Assembly: GCA_047284725.1 (NCBI GenBank)
Contig: JBJBEO010000001.1
Coordinates: 1,720,203-1,784,202 of the forward strand
Direction: 5' to 3'
Source of the DNA: Synechococcus sp.
Lineage (GTDB): Bacteria; Cyanobacteriota; Cyanobacteriia; PCC-6307; Cyanobiaceae
Length of the DNA stretch: 64,000 bases
In this document: one piece after another, positions 8,830-18,071 of the stretch
How positions within the stretch are numbered: position 1 is the first letter of the stretch
How the letters are laid out: each line of letters opens with the position of its first letter
Notes under the pieces: generated by a model
Database searches by the model: none
Seen by the model: only the letters and a program-made list of their open reading frames with translations
What the model was told of the DNA's origin: nothing
Program-made: the position numbers and the translations under genes

Positions 8830-9660
8830 ATGCGCCTGCCGATCGAACAGCTCGCGGTCTTCGCCGAGGCCCCGTTTGAAGGCAACCCCGCAGCGGTCTG
8901 TTCGCTGCAGGCCTGGCTGCCGGATCGGGTGATGCAGGCGATTGCAGCGGAAAACAACCTGTCCGAAACAGCCTTCACCGTGCAGGAAGGCGACGGCTAC
9001 GGCCTGCGCTGGTTCACCCCGAGCTGTGAAGTCGACCTGTGCGGCCACGCCACCCTGGCGGCCTCACAGGTGGTGTTTGCTCAGGCACCCGAGCGAACCC
9101 TGCTGCGCTTCCAGACCCGAAGTGGTGAGCTGCGGGTGGACCGCGATCGTGACGGGCTGAGGCTGAGCTGTCCAGCCCAAGCGATGACGCCCTGCGTGGT
9201 GCCGGAGGGCTTGGTGGAAGCCCTCGGGGCCACACCCGAGCATTGCCTGATCGGCATGGATCTGATGGCGGTCTTTGCCTCAGAAGACTGCATCCAGGCG
9301 CTGATGCCGTCGATGGAAGCGCTGGCCGCCATGCCCGGCCGGGGCGTGATCGTCACCGCCCCCGGCCGCCGCGTGGATGTGGTGAGCCGCTTCTTCGCAC
9401 CGGGGATCGGCATCCCGGAAGACCCGGTCACAGGATCAGCCCACTGCAGCCTGGCGCCCTACTGGGCCCATCGACTGGGGCGGTCGAAGCTGGAAGCGCG
9501 ACAACTGTCAAAGCGGGGTGGCCGTCTGCGCTGCGAGCTGCAGGGTGAAAACGTGCTGATCAGCGGTCGCGTGCAGCCTTTTCTGAAAGGAGAGTTGATC
9601 CTCCCCTCCTCAACCTTCAGACGGATTCGTTCTCGAATGAATGCTCCATCAGCGCCCTGA
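8830..9660 (+). CDS. PhzF family isomerase
   Basis: GNPAAV, NLSETAF, EVDLCGHATLA, EDPVTGSAH. Confidence 0.92.
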   Translation: MRLPIEQLAVFAEAPFEGNPAAVCSLQAWLPDRVMQAIAAENNLSETAFTVQEGDGYGLRWFTPSCEVDLCGHATLAASQVVFAQAPERTLLRFQTRSGELRVDRDRDGLRLSCPAQAMTPCVVPEGLVEALGATPEHCLIGMDLMAVFASEDCIQALMPSMEALAAMPGRGVIVTAPGRRVDVVSRFFAPGIGIPEDPVTGSAHCSLAPYWAHRLGRSKLEARQLSKRGGRLRCELQGENVLISGRVQPFLKGELILPSSTFRRIRSRMNAPSAP

Positions 9661-9826
9661 ACAACTCCTGTTTCTTTTGCTCCAGAAACTCCTGCTCCTC
9701 AGAGGGACCACCCGGCCAGTTGCGAAGGGCATCGCAGGTGGTCTTGAACTCAAGCCTCAAGGCCACCAGGTTGTAGTTGAAGGTTGCGACAACGTCGTCG
9801 TTCATCGTTGGCCTCATGCTGGCCAA
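9617..9826 (-). CDS. Conserved hypothetical protein
   Basis: ALRNWPGGPSEEQEFL motif. Confidence 0.7.
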   Translation of the reverse strand: MASMRPTMNDDVVATFNYNLVALRLEFKTTCDALRNWPGGPSEEQEFLEQKKQELFRALMEHSFENESV

Positions 9827-9985
9827 TTATTGCCATCCATCTCGACGACTTGACGTATCCGTTGCCACCATGGTTTGCCTAGCAGATCTGGCTGGGTCCT
9901 GCGGGCTTGGGATGTGCGGAAACCTCCGTCACGGACGCGCAGGGACTTTCGCGATGGTTAGCGGGTTGACTCAATCCAACTTCCG

Positions 9986-10150
9986 ATGACATCCGAAATC
10001 CGCAACTGGGCCGTGGTGGCAGCAGCCATGGAAGCTCAGGGGACGACAAACAGCGAGATGTACCGACGTGCCAAGGCTATGGCAGAAGGCAAGCGTGACC
10101 CAATGCCGACAAGCTACCCCGCTGCCCCTTACAGCATCTCCATCGCCTGA
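9986..10150 (+). CDS. Small protein (54 aa), NW..v...lE..G.T...Y.RA.A.a.GK.DP family
   Basis: Translated by hand: MTSEIRNWAVVAAAMEAQGTTNSEMYRRAKAMAEGKRDPMPTSYPAAPYSISIA*; paralog at 17134-17304. Confidence 0.8.
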   Translation: MTSEIRNWAVVAAAMEAQGTTNSEMYRRAKAMAEGKRDPMPTSYPAAPYSISIA

Positions 10151-10239
10151 CGATTGTCTCCGGTGACGATGGCGGTCTTCTCGTTTTGACAACGGCGAGA
10201 TCGCCATCTTGTTGACAGTCCAGATGTTGTCAGCCCAAA

Positions 10240-10683
10240 GAGGAAGGCCGCCTTCCCGAGTGGGAAGACGGCCTAGCTCGCTCGTTCGCGCATGGTTCAA
10301 CCCCGTCACGTCTTGGGAAAGAAGGAAAGGGGCGAAGCGTTCTGGCGTTGGCAACCCTGGGGCCATGACGTCCAGGTGTAGTGCTGATGAAGCTCCGGGG
10401 CACCTTGTCTGCATGAGCAGCGTTGGGCGGTGCAGTGGAGTGTCGATTCGCGTGGCGCACCGGATCAGTGCCTGCGAAAGGACCAGCTCTACGGATGAGT
10501 GGAAACTGTTGGAGCAGGGGCCAGAAGTCAGTCTGCTTCTTAGGTTTGCTCAGGTGGAGTGTCGGCTGTCATCAGCGCCTCCGATCTCGATGCACCTACT
10601 TTGCGCTGGCTGGGCGGGGTTGCCTATCCGTGTAAAGGCGCATTGCCTTTGCGGGCCAACCCACCGAAAGTTTGAACGGCGTG
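10240..10683 (+). ncRNA. Putative large structured ncRNA, copy 2 (strand inferred)
   Basis: 444 bp; reverse complement of 63234-63677 with one visible mismatch (10259); many hairpins; homologous to copy 1. Confidence 0.65.
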
Positions 10684-10699
10684 CCCTCAGGCACCACCA

Positions 10700-11509
10700 T
10701 TATCTGGACAGCCGTTGATGCCTGAGGCCCACCAACGCGGCAGCGGCACCGTAATCAGCCGCAATCAGCTGCAACTCCGCCTGATTGATTTTCCAGATCA
10801 CCTGCACTGAAAAGGCCTGTCCCACAACCAGGCGAGCCGGGCAACGCAGAATGATGTCGTCGGGGAAATAGACAGTCAGCGGCTCGGATGGCACCCAGGT
10901 CCAAGCCATCGTCCCCGTTGCAGCCAGCGAAAGGTCTGGGCGAAGCCGCCACTCCTCTCCGTGCCATTCACCGTCGGGTTGCCACGCTGGCACCTGAGCA
11001 ATGGCCTTGGTCCAGGGGCTCGTTGAGGCCGCTCCACGATGTTCACGAATGCTTGCGGTTCTCACCAACGCGCCCTTCTGGCCGTACACCAAGCCAACAC
11101 TGTGTCGCGTCTCGCCTTTGGCAAGAAACAACTCAAAGGCTGCAAACTGTTCAACGTCGAGGCGGGGGATCAGCCAGGTGGCGGCACCATCGTCAAAGGC
11201 AAAGCCACGCATGGATGGATGCGCTGGATGCGCGAAGCCATCGCTCAGGCTGTGGTCAACAACGTTGTAATCCCACGCTTCAGCGATGTCTTTCCCATCG
11301 TCATAGAGGTAGCGATTGCGCTGATGGACCTCGTTGTGTTCGGCATCCGCCGTGAAGTGACGCGCGCTTTCAAAGGACTCCATGACCTCGCCGGAAGGCT
11401 CGTAACGGGTCCAGCGGCCATGCCATTCGCCCAGGTGATGGCGCCAGAAATTGGTCCAGTTTCGCCTGGAGGCTGACGCCGTCGTCGTTCCTTGGTTGTT
11501 GAGAGCCAT
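10700..11509 (-). CDS. DUF3598 family protein
   Basis: NWTNFWRHHLGEWHGRWTRY N-terminus; beta-rich. Confidence 0.8.
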   Translation of the reverse strand: MALNNQGTTTASASRRNWTNFWRHHLGEWHGRWTRYEPSGEVMESFESARHFTADAEHNEVHQRNRYLYDDGKDIAEAWDYNVVDHSLSDGFAHPAHPSMRGFAFDDGAATWLIPRLDVEQFAAFELFLAKGETRHSVGLVYGQKGALVRTASIREHRGAASTSPWTKAIAQVPAWQPDGEWHGEEWRLRPDLSLAATGTMAWTWVPSEPLTVYFPDDIILRCPARLVVGQAFSVQVIWKINQAELQLIAADYGAAAALVGLRHQRLSR

Positions 11510-11570
11510 GGTGGAAATCGGCAAAATCGGATCAGGCCCGCACCATCAACCCTTGCGTTGGCGATGGAGC

Positions 11571-11900
11571 TCAGACATCGGCATTGATCAATCCTGAACT
11601 GGGCTTGTAGGCAGCCTCGTGAATCTCCTCAGCCAGTTGTTTGATGGCGATCAGCGTTTCGCTGTCTGTCTGTGCCTGCCTCTCAGCGATTTCGCTTTGG
11701 ATGTTCTGGCCGACGATGATGATCGGCAAGAGCACAAGCTGCAGGAATGTCTGAGCAGTCCAGGAAATGATCTTGAGTGGATCCCTGGAGGCCAAGGCTT
11801 CTGGCAACGACACCAGCGCGAGGGCAGCAAAGGCATAAGCACACCACATCGTGCCAACCCTGTCAGTAATGAAAACAGCAAGCCGCTTGTTGAGACGCAT
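11571..11900 (-). CDS. DUF1003-like membrane protein
   Basis: VGTMWCAYAF...QTFLQLVLLPIIIVGQN. Confidence 0.7.
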   Translation of the reverse strand: MRLNKRLAVFITDRVGTMWCAYAFAALALVSLPEALASRDPLKIISWTAQTFLQLVLLPIIIVGQNIQSEIAERQAQTDSETLIAIKQLAEEIHEAAYKPSSGLINADV

Positions 11901-11994
11901 CAAGCTCACGACAGCGAAGACGAATGACCCCGCAATGATGGGGCCGTGAAGCCTCCCTGAACACGGGGTTGACGGGTGCACCCGCGTGCGCCCC

Positions 11995-12285
11995 TCAGTT
12001 GCGACGGGCCGCACCCCGGCCATTGCCAATCAGACCAAGGTCGATGATCAGACCGATGGCCACCACCAGCACGCCACCGAAACTGCCCAACCCGCCAAAG
12101 GCGGCCACCGCCCAGCAGTAGCCCAGGGTGGTGGTGGGCAGCAGCACCAGGCCCAGCAAGGGAATCAGGGGGTTCGGCACACCCATGCCGGCAAAGGGGG
12201 CGAGCACGAAGGCGCTGTTGAACAGCCACATCAACAGCAGAACGATCCGTGGAGTCAGGAGACCGAGGGCAGCCAGCAGGCACAT
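11995..12285 (-). CDS. Hypothetical membrane protein
   Basis: PRIVLLLMWLF...PLLGLVLLPTTTLGY. Confidence 0.7.
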   Translation of the reverse strand: MCLLAALGLLTPRIVLLLMWLFNSAFVLAPFAGMGVPNPLIPLLGLVLLPTTTLGYCWAVAAFGGLGSFGGVLVVAIGLIIDLGLIGNGRGAARRN

Positions 12286-12383
12286 CGGCCTTGTGCATCT
12301 GTTGCACAACTAGCGATGGCGGATGGCAGCTGGCCACCTCCAGCGCCGCTAAACCGTGGACATCGTGCACTGGAGCCAGCACC

Positions 12384-13175
12384 GTGACCTGCTCGAGACC
12401 CAGGCGACCGGATCGAAAGCCACGCCAACCATGGCAGCGCAGGGCAGCGGCCCTGGTGAGCATCGGCATGCTGAGCACCGCCCTGGTCGACTCCCCGGCG
12501 GTTGCCGATGCGACGTCCATGGCTCCAGCGACCCGGGAGGCCACGGCCACCCGGTTGGTGGGCACCTGGGTGCTCACCGACAACGACAACGTGCCCTTCA
12601 ACCTGATTCTGCGGGGCGACGGCAGTTCGCTCACCGTGATCGGCCAACGCCATCCGGCGCTAGGCACCCCCGAACGGATGACCCGCCATCAGCTGATGGA
12701 GACCGGCCGTTGGCGGCCCTGGGGCAACGGCATCCGTTCCGACTACGGCGACGGCTGGACCGACACCATCCAAGTGGGGCCCGCAGGGCCTGTGCAGTGG
12801 TCATGGAAACCGGGGGCTTCCCTGAATGCAGCGCCGACCAACCATGGCAAAGCGGTGCTGATGACCAGACCGGTGATGGACTGGGTGGGGGCCTACAAAC
12901 TCGAACCCACCCAACCCGACCAACCGGCCTACCTGGCGGTGCTCACCTCCTCAGGTCTGGCGTTCAACACGATTGACCGGGTGGCAGATGGGTCCTGGAG
13001 TCTGCGCAGCAACGGCAGTGTGCTGATCAAGTGGACCAGTGGCTGGCGCACCGCCATCACGGTGGATGGCGCCGGTGCACCGGCCCCTGACCAGGACCTG
13101 ACGGTGCAGCACTGGCGCCCCGGGGTGAGCCTCAGCGCCCCCGCCAGCGCCAGACGCCGTGGCCGGCGACTCTGA
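12384..13175 (+). CDS. Hypothetical exported protein (start uncertain)
   Basis: Signal-like segment then two Trp-rich halves (DGWTDTI / SGWRTAI). Confidence 0.65.
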   Translation: MTCSRPRRPDRKPRQPWQRRAAALVSIGMLSTALVDSPAVADATSMAPATREATATRLVGTWVLTDNDNVPFNLILRGDGSSLTVIGQRHPALGTPERMTRHQLMETGRWRPWGNGIRSDYGDGWTDTIQVGPAGPVQWSWKPGASLNAAPTNHGKAVLMTRPVMDWVGAYKLEPTQPDQPAYLAVLTSSGLAFNTIDRVADGSWSLRSNGSVLIKWTSGWRTAITVDGAGAPAPDQDLTVQHWRPGVSLSAPASARRRGRRL

Positions 13176-13204
13176 GCCTGCTTCGATCCAAACGCCCACA
13201 ACCC

Positions 13205-13681
13205 ATGCACAAGCTCTGGCCTCCCACCCTGGCGGTGACAACCGCCCTTGCCGCCATCACGCTCACGGCATCCCCCGGGCTCAGCCATGGCACGGCGGAA
13301 GAAGCGAGCCTGGGCGTGACGGTGGAGCCGCTCCAGGCCACCACTCAGCAATGGGATGGCACCCTCCTGCCGAGCTTCCCGAGCGGTCAGCCTGAGGTTC
13401 AGATCCTCAAGATCACGATCCCCGCAGGCGTGGTTCTCCCCTGGCATCACCACCCGGTGATCAACGCCGCCTACGTGCTCAAAGGCCAGCTCAAGGTGGA
13501 ACGTCTCGAGGGACCATCCCGGATCATCAGCGCAGGCGACACCCTGGTGGAAGTGGTGAACACGGTGCACAGGGGCCAGGCCCTGCCTGGCAGCGATGTG
13601 GAGGTGGTGGTGTTTTACGCCGGCACGCCCGGCACCCCGATCACGGTGATGACTCCCGCCGCCGACGCCCTCAGGCGCTGA
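13205..13681 (+). CDS. Cupin domain protein, exported
   Basis: LPWHHHPVINAAYVLKG...EVVNTVHRG cupin motifs. Confidence 0.85.
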   Translation: MHKLWPPTLAVTTALAAITLTASPGLSHGTAEEASLGVTVEPLQATTQQWDGTLLPSFPSGQPEVQILKITIPAGVVLPWHHHPVINAAYVLKGQLKVERLEGPSRIISAGDTLVEVVNTVHRGQALPGSDVEVVVFYAGTPGTPITVMTPAADALRR

Positions 13682-13865
13682 GGCGAGCGGGTCGACGCGG
13701 CTTGGCCGCTTTGCCGACCTTGCCATTGTGATGGTCGAGCAGCCCGCGGCGGGATTTCTCCGCACTCACGAGCCGGTTCAGCAACGCCGTTGTGTCGTGG
13801 GCGGACAGGTCACCATCCACGCCCCACTTGAGGCACGACAAGGGCGTCATCGTCTGGACTTTCAT
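13671..13865 (-). CDS. Conserved hypothetical protein
   Basis: CLKWGVDGDLSAHD motif. Confidence 0.55.
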   Translation of the reverse strand: MKVQTMTPLSCLKWGVDGDLSAHDTTALLNRLVSAEKSRRGLLDHHNGKVGKAAKPRRPARLSA

Positions 13866-14049
13866 CGCATGACCCCGCTAAGAGACGATCAACGTACGGT
13901 GTGTATTCCGTGACAACAAGAAAGAAAATCTGAAAAAATCGCTGGGAATCTAAGTATTTATCTTCAGCCAATCTGCTCCGATCGCTTCACACTGGCTGCG
14001 GATTCCAGTTCCTGTGGCCTCACTGTGTTGATCCCACAGCATGAAGCGA

Positions 14050-14274
14050 TCACGCCACCCACTGGTCGACATCCATGATTGTTTTGATCAGCAGGCCCAG
14101 GCGCTTGAATTCAGCAAAATTGAGATCCTGCACCGCCTGATCAAGGCCACTGTCGACCCACGCACCATCGCGTTGTTCCTCGATGTTGAAGTCTTGATCG
14201 AGGCTGTCGCGGCGGATGCGATAGGTGATGCCGTCGTCGTGGAGATAGTCGGCGGATTGGAGCTGCAGACCCAT
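14050..14274 (-). CDS. Hypothetical protein
   Basis: Protein-like composition: DLNFAEFKRLGLLIKTIMD. Confidence 0.65.
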   Translation of the reverse strand: MGLQLQSADYLHDDGITYRIRRDSLDQDFNIEEQRDGAWVDSGLDQAVQDLNFAEFKRLGLLIKTIMDVDQWVA

Positions 14275-14344
14275 CAACATCCGCCCCGGCACGGAGCTGC
14301 ACAAAGCAGGAGGCTAAGGGCTGGGCCTTGCCCCCCCAGCCGCG

Positions 14345-14581
14345 TCAGGCGGGCTTGGGCCGGGAGGCCGCACAGACCACCGCACCGCCGGCCACCAGGG
14401 TGAGGATGCCGGTGGTGATCAGGAAGGCCACCAGCATGTGGAAGGCCAGCACACTGCCCAGCAGCGACATCTTCACGCGCAACAGCTTGCTCTTGATCAG
14501 CAGAAGCAACAGCAGGGCCACCGTGGCCTTGAGGCCGGCCACCTTGGCGGCGCTGAGGGGGCAGAAGGGATTGAGCAGCAT
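14345..14581 (-). CDS. Small membrane protein
   Basis: Hydrophobic ORF MLLNPFCPLSAAK... Confidence 0.55.
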   Translation of the reverse strand: MLLNPFCPLSAAKVAGLKATVALLLLLLIKSKLLRVKMSLLGSVLAFHMLVAFLITTGILTLVAGGAVVCAASRPKPA

Positions 14582-14664
14582 CGCCTCGGAACAGAGCTGT
14601 TCAGTCAAGTGTCGCGAAATCACCCCATCAACCGAGAGGGGCGCTGGCAGCCAGGCGGGATCCG

Positions 14665-15324
14665 CTAGGGGGTGCAGGGCCCATTGGCAGTGACGATCAC
14701 CTCATCGCCGAGCTGCACGGTGTTGAGCAGGGTCTTGAGGATCGGCGCCTTGACGTTGATGCATCCCCCGGTGACCTTCTCGCCGATGCGGGCTTCGTTG
14801 TTGCTGCCGTGGATGGCAAAGCTGTACCAGCGGAACTTGCCGTCGTAGACGTTGAACTGGAACGGCTGCTTGACGCTGTCGATCGGCGCCAGGCTGATGT
14901 AGCCGATGCCGTATTCACCCACCTCGCCATCGCCCTTGAAGTCGATGGCATTCATGTTTTTGAACAAGGTGGTCTTGAGCTCGGCTTCGCTCTTGCCCGA
15001 CTGCTGGATCAGGGCTGGATCCATCACGAACTGATCATTACTGAGGATGGCGTTCACCTGAAAACGGCCCAGGGGTGTGTAGCCCTCCTCGAAGCGGGTC
15101 CCTGCACAGGTGACGCCATGGCGGCCGTAGCCCACCTGAAAGCGGGTGCTCTGGTCGCCGATCACCAGGGTGCCCTCGCTGCCGGCGGGGTCGTTGAGGT
15201 TCAAGGCGATCGTGATCGGTTGGCTGATCGTCTTGTCGGCCTCGGCTTCAGGCGGCTGGAGATCACCACAGCCGGCCAGGGCCAACGCCAGAGCGATCGA
15301 TGCCAATGACCAACGGCCTGCCAT
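14665..15324 (-). CDS. L,D-transpeptidase (YkuD) family lipoprotein
   Basis: LALAGC lipobox; TPLGRF; AIHGS...TGGCIN catalytic motif. Confidence 0.85.
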   Translation of the reverse strand: MAGRWSLASIALALALAGCGDLQPPEAEADKTISQPITIALNLNDPAGSEGTLVIGDQSTRFQVGYGRHGVTCAGTRFEEGYTPLGRFQVNAILSNDQFVMDPALIQQSGKSEAELKTTLFKNMNAIDFKGDGEVGEYGIGYISLAPIDSVKQPFQFNVYDGKFRWYSFAIHGSNNEARIGEKVTGGCINVKAPILKTLLNTVQLGDEVIVTANGPCTP

Positions 15325-15426
15325 GCCTATCCAGGAGCTGGCTTCATGCTGGCGAGGCCACCACGATCTGCAGGGGCTGAAACAGAGCGGGTGCATGCCA
15401 GTGAAGGATCCGACCTCGCCGCAACT

Positions 15427-15455
15427 GGCACAGTGCCGGTTGCGGGGGCTAGATT
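15427..15455 (+). promoter_or_regulatory. Palindrome and -10 element of Yfr2-like sRNA
   Basis: GGCAC-A-GTGCC (15427-15437) and TAGATT (15450-15455) just before the putative 5' end. Confidence 0.45.
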
Positions 15456-15460
15456 TCTTC

Positions 15461-15548
15461 TGTGAGGAGAAAAAACGCTCTCACGTGGCAACAAGGTCAC
15501 ACGCGTCTGCGTTTTTGAAACCCCTGCCTTCGGCGGGGGTTTCTTTTT
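15461..15548 (+). ncRNA. Yfr2-family (Cyano-1)-like small RNA with intrinsic terminator
   Basis: 5' TGTGAGGAG, internal GGCAACAAGG (cf. GGAAACAAGG), terminator GAAACCCCTGCC-TTCG-GCGGGGGTTTC plus T run; antisense to both neighbouring genes. Confidence 0.6.
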
Positions 15549-15583
15549 GGTCTGGAGCTGACCCTTGGATCTGGAGCGGACCG

Positions 15584-16531
15584 TCAGCCGGTGACGTAGG
15601 CCTGGAGATGGTCCGCCAGGGTGTGCACGAGGCGGCTGCGGGCCTGGCGGGAACTCCAGCCCATGTGGGGGCTGATCAGAAGGCGAGGGGTGTGAAGCAG
15701 AGCCTCCAGCTCCGAGCCGGGCGGCTCAACCGGCAGCACATCCAGGGCGGCACCGGCCAGGCGCCCCTGCTGCAACGCATCGGTGAGGGCCTCAAGGTTC
15801 ACCAGGCCGCCCCGGGCCATATTCACCAGCCGGGCGCTGGGCTTCATCCAGCCGAGCCGCTCGCGGTTGATCAGGTCGTGGGTGTGCGCTGTGAGCGGTG
15901 CATGCAGGCTGAGCACATCCGCCTGCCGCAACGCCGTTTCCAACTCTGCCGAGGTGCTGCGGCTGGTAAGGGCGAGGCCATGCATGCCGAAGGCTTCCCC
16001 GATCGCCAGCACCCCCCGGCCGATGTCCCCCGCCCCCAGCACCACCAGGGTCTGGCCCGCCAGTTCGTTGAATTCCGGCTCGATCAGCGAAAACACAGCG
16101 CTGCGCTGCCAGCGGCCGTCGGTGAGATCGCGGCGGCGCTGCTCCATGTGGCAGCTGAGCTCGAGGATCAGGGCCCAGGTGATCTGCACCACCGATGCAC
16201 GGCTGTAGCGACCGGCGTTGTGCACCGTGATGCCGAGCTCCCGGCAGGCCTCCAGATCCACCTGGTCCGTGCCGGTGGCCGCCACGCAGATCAGCCGCAA
16301 CTGGGGCAATTGCCGCAACAGCGATGCCTCCAGGGGGATCTTGTTGGTGATCACGATCTCAGCCCCGAGCAAGCGCTGCAGCCGTTCGTGGGGGGCGGTG
16401 GAAGGCCAGGCCTGCAGGCAACACCAGCGCTGCAGCGGGGCCAGATCCACCGGCCCAAGGCTGAGGGCATCAAGAAACACAGCCCGGGGCAGGGAGGTGG
16501 CCGCTGGGGCCTGGCGGGATGGCTCCGTCAT
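15584..16531 (-). CDS. D-2-hydroxyacid dehydrogenase
   Basis: GAGDIG, SLHAPLT, VNMARG, ALDV, SPHMGW. Confidence 0.92.
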   Translation of the reverse strand: MTEPSRQAPAATSLPRAVFLDALSLGPVDLAPLQRWCCLQAWPSTAPHERLQRLLGAEIVITNKIPLEASLLRQLPQLRLICVAATGTDQVDLEACRELGITVHNAGRYSRASVVQITWALILELSCHMEQRRRDLTDGRWQRSAVFSLIEPEFNELAGQTLVVLGAGDIGRGVLAIGEAFGMHGLALTSRSTSAELETALRQADVLSLHAPLTAHTHDLINRERLGWMKPSARLVNMARGGLVNLEALTDALQQGRLAGAALDVLPVEPPGSELEALLHTPRLLISPHMGWSSRQARSRLVHTLADHLQAYVTG

Positions 16532-16724
16532 CGGCCTGGTGCAACAGGGCCCTGAGTCTTAACGATCCAGGCATGAGGGGCATGTCAGCAACTCCTCACC
16601 GCCTGACCCCAACCACAGGCCTTTGCCGGGGTTCGCAACAGAAAAGTGGTCAACAAAGCCCCAGAAGCCAACACAACGGATTAGTTTCGGAAGGAAGTGA
16701 AAACCTCTACGGAGACGTTGAACG

Positions 16725-16958
16725 ATGAGTGAAAACACTCAGAAGTACGACGAGTTTGAGTCACCGTCGAACACTGACGACAAGTACGGCAAGTACGAGG
16801 TGCCTTTCCACACCCTCGAAAAGCACACCAAAGAAGAGTTTGATGCTGAGCACGATGCCGGCATCAACAACCCCGAAAGCCGTCACCGCGACAAGATCCT
16901 CGATCAGATCTGCGACACCCACCCCGGTTCACCCATGTGCAAGGTGTTCGACGACTGA
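16725..16958 (+). CDS. CP12-like protein (C-terminal Cys pair only)
   Basis: C-terminus CDTHPGSPMCKVFDD matches the CP12 CxxxPxxxxCxx(Y/F)DD motif. Confidence 0.8.
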   Translation: MSENTQKYDEFESPSNTDDKYGKYEVPFHTLEKHTKEEFDAEHDAGINNPESRHRDKILDQICDTHPGSPMCKVFDD

Positions 16959-17003
16959 GCTTTCGTTCGATTCGAATCGATGGATGGGTGTTGTCACCCT
17001 TCC

Positions 17004-17031
17004 AGGCCTCGCCCACGGGCGGGGCTTTTTT
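17004..17031 (+). terminator. Intrinsic terminator
   Basis: GCCTCGCCC-AC-GGGCGGGGC followed by T6. Confidence 0.75.
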
Positions 17032-17133
17032 GATGCCCAGCGGCCGGAGGCCCGGATCCATCACGGCGCAGTGTGGATCGTCACGCCAGCCAGCGCCCGC
17101 AGCCATGACAATGGGCGCTCTGCACAAGAGTCC

Positions 17134-17304
17134 ATGGATCAAGTCGAACGCGACAACTGGGTGAGGATCGCTGCGCAGCTGGAATCCAGCGGGGTGACCG
17201 AAGGCGGCTTCTACCAGCGGGCCAGAGCCATCGCCGATGGCAAGCCCGACCCGATGCCGATGGGGTCGCCGGCCATGGACCCATCCGCCGATGGGCTGAA
17301 CTGA
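17134..17304 (+). CDS. Small protein, paralog of 9986-10150
   Basis: NWVRIAAQLESSGVTEGGFYQRARAIADGKPDPMP. Confidence 0.75.
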   Translation: MDQVERDNWVRIAAQLESSGVTEGGFYQRARAIADGKPDPMPMGSPAMDPSADGLN

Positions 17305-17335
17305 GCGCTCCAGCAGGTCAGCAGAGCCTTCAGCG

Positions 17336-17575
17336 TCAGCGCTGACCCTTGGCGCGAAAGCGAAAGGAAGGGTTGGTGCTGCCGTGTTTGGTGCGCCGCC
17401 CCGACACGCGTCGGCGCCAGGCCCGAAAGGATGCGGGCTTGAGTTCAGAGCGCATCAAGGCGATCACAGCCTGTTCCTTCAAGCCAAACTGAACAGTGAT
17501 CGCTTCAAAACTGGTGCGGTCTTCCCAGGCCATCTCGATCACCCGATCGATGTCCTGGTCGGTGAGCGGCTGCAC
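17336..17575 (-). CDS. TIGR03643-family protein
   Basis: IDRVIEMAWEDRTSFEAI...WRRRVSGRRTKH. Confidence 0.9.
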   Translation of the reverse strand: MQPLTDQDIDRVIEMAWEDRTSFEAITVQFGLKEQAVIALMRSELKPASFRAWRRRVSGRRTKHGSTNPSFRFRAKGQR

Positions 17576-17786
17576 AGTTCAGTGGTCAGGACGTTCATAG
17601 AGCGCCACGGCCAGCTCGCCTTCACTGAAGGGGACGCTGACGCTGCAGTGTTCGCTCGCCTCCCAGGGCTGCTCCGTCGGCAAGGACGCTGCTGCGAGGC
17701 CCTCGAGGGTGTCGGCGTCGGCGATCACAGCAGGAGGAGAGGTGTTCATGTCGACATGACGGAATCAACGGGAAGGGTGCGAGGGC

Positions 17787-18020
17787 CTAGGCCACCACCG
17801 CCAGCCAGGCGCCAGCCACGGCCGAGACCAGGCCACACACCAGGGCCTGCACCACCGTGACGGAGGGGTTGGGTTTCTGCCAGCGATCGATGGTGCGGCA
17901 GGCCATCGCATAGCACTCACAATTGCGATCAAGCTTGTCGAGGTAACGCTCGACAAACGTCGGATCCAGCTCAAGTCGGTGGAGGCGGGCGCGGATCTGA
18001 TTGCGCTCGAACTGAGTCAT
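17787..18020 (-). CDS. Hypothetical protein with C-terminal TM
   Basis: ORF with hydrophobic tail. Confidence 0.55.
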   Translation of the reverse strand: MTQFERNQIRARLHRLELDPTFVERYLDKLDRNCECYAMACRTIDRWQKPNPSVTVVQALVCGLVSAVAGAWLAVVA

Positions 18021-18071
18021 GGAGCTCTTCTAAACAACGGCGGCCGCGATCGCGAGCCGCGGCCGCCGCGC

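Noticed and set aside
10384..10390. CTGATGA hammerhead-like core in the element
   Set aside because: Absent from copy 1, and I could not build stems II/III with a properly placed GAAA.
10240..10683. Element as IS/MITE, RNase P, tmRNA or group I/II intron
   Set aside because: No terminal inverted repeats or target duplication; no GAGGAAAGTCC, tRNA-like ends or recognisable domain V; it does not interrupt a gene.
10209..10718. 169-aa ORF (and 219-aa ORF at 63187-63846) spanning the repeat element
   Set aside because: Starts and stops differ between copies, copy 1 has frame-breaking indels, and the product has no recognisable motif or transposase signature.
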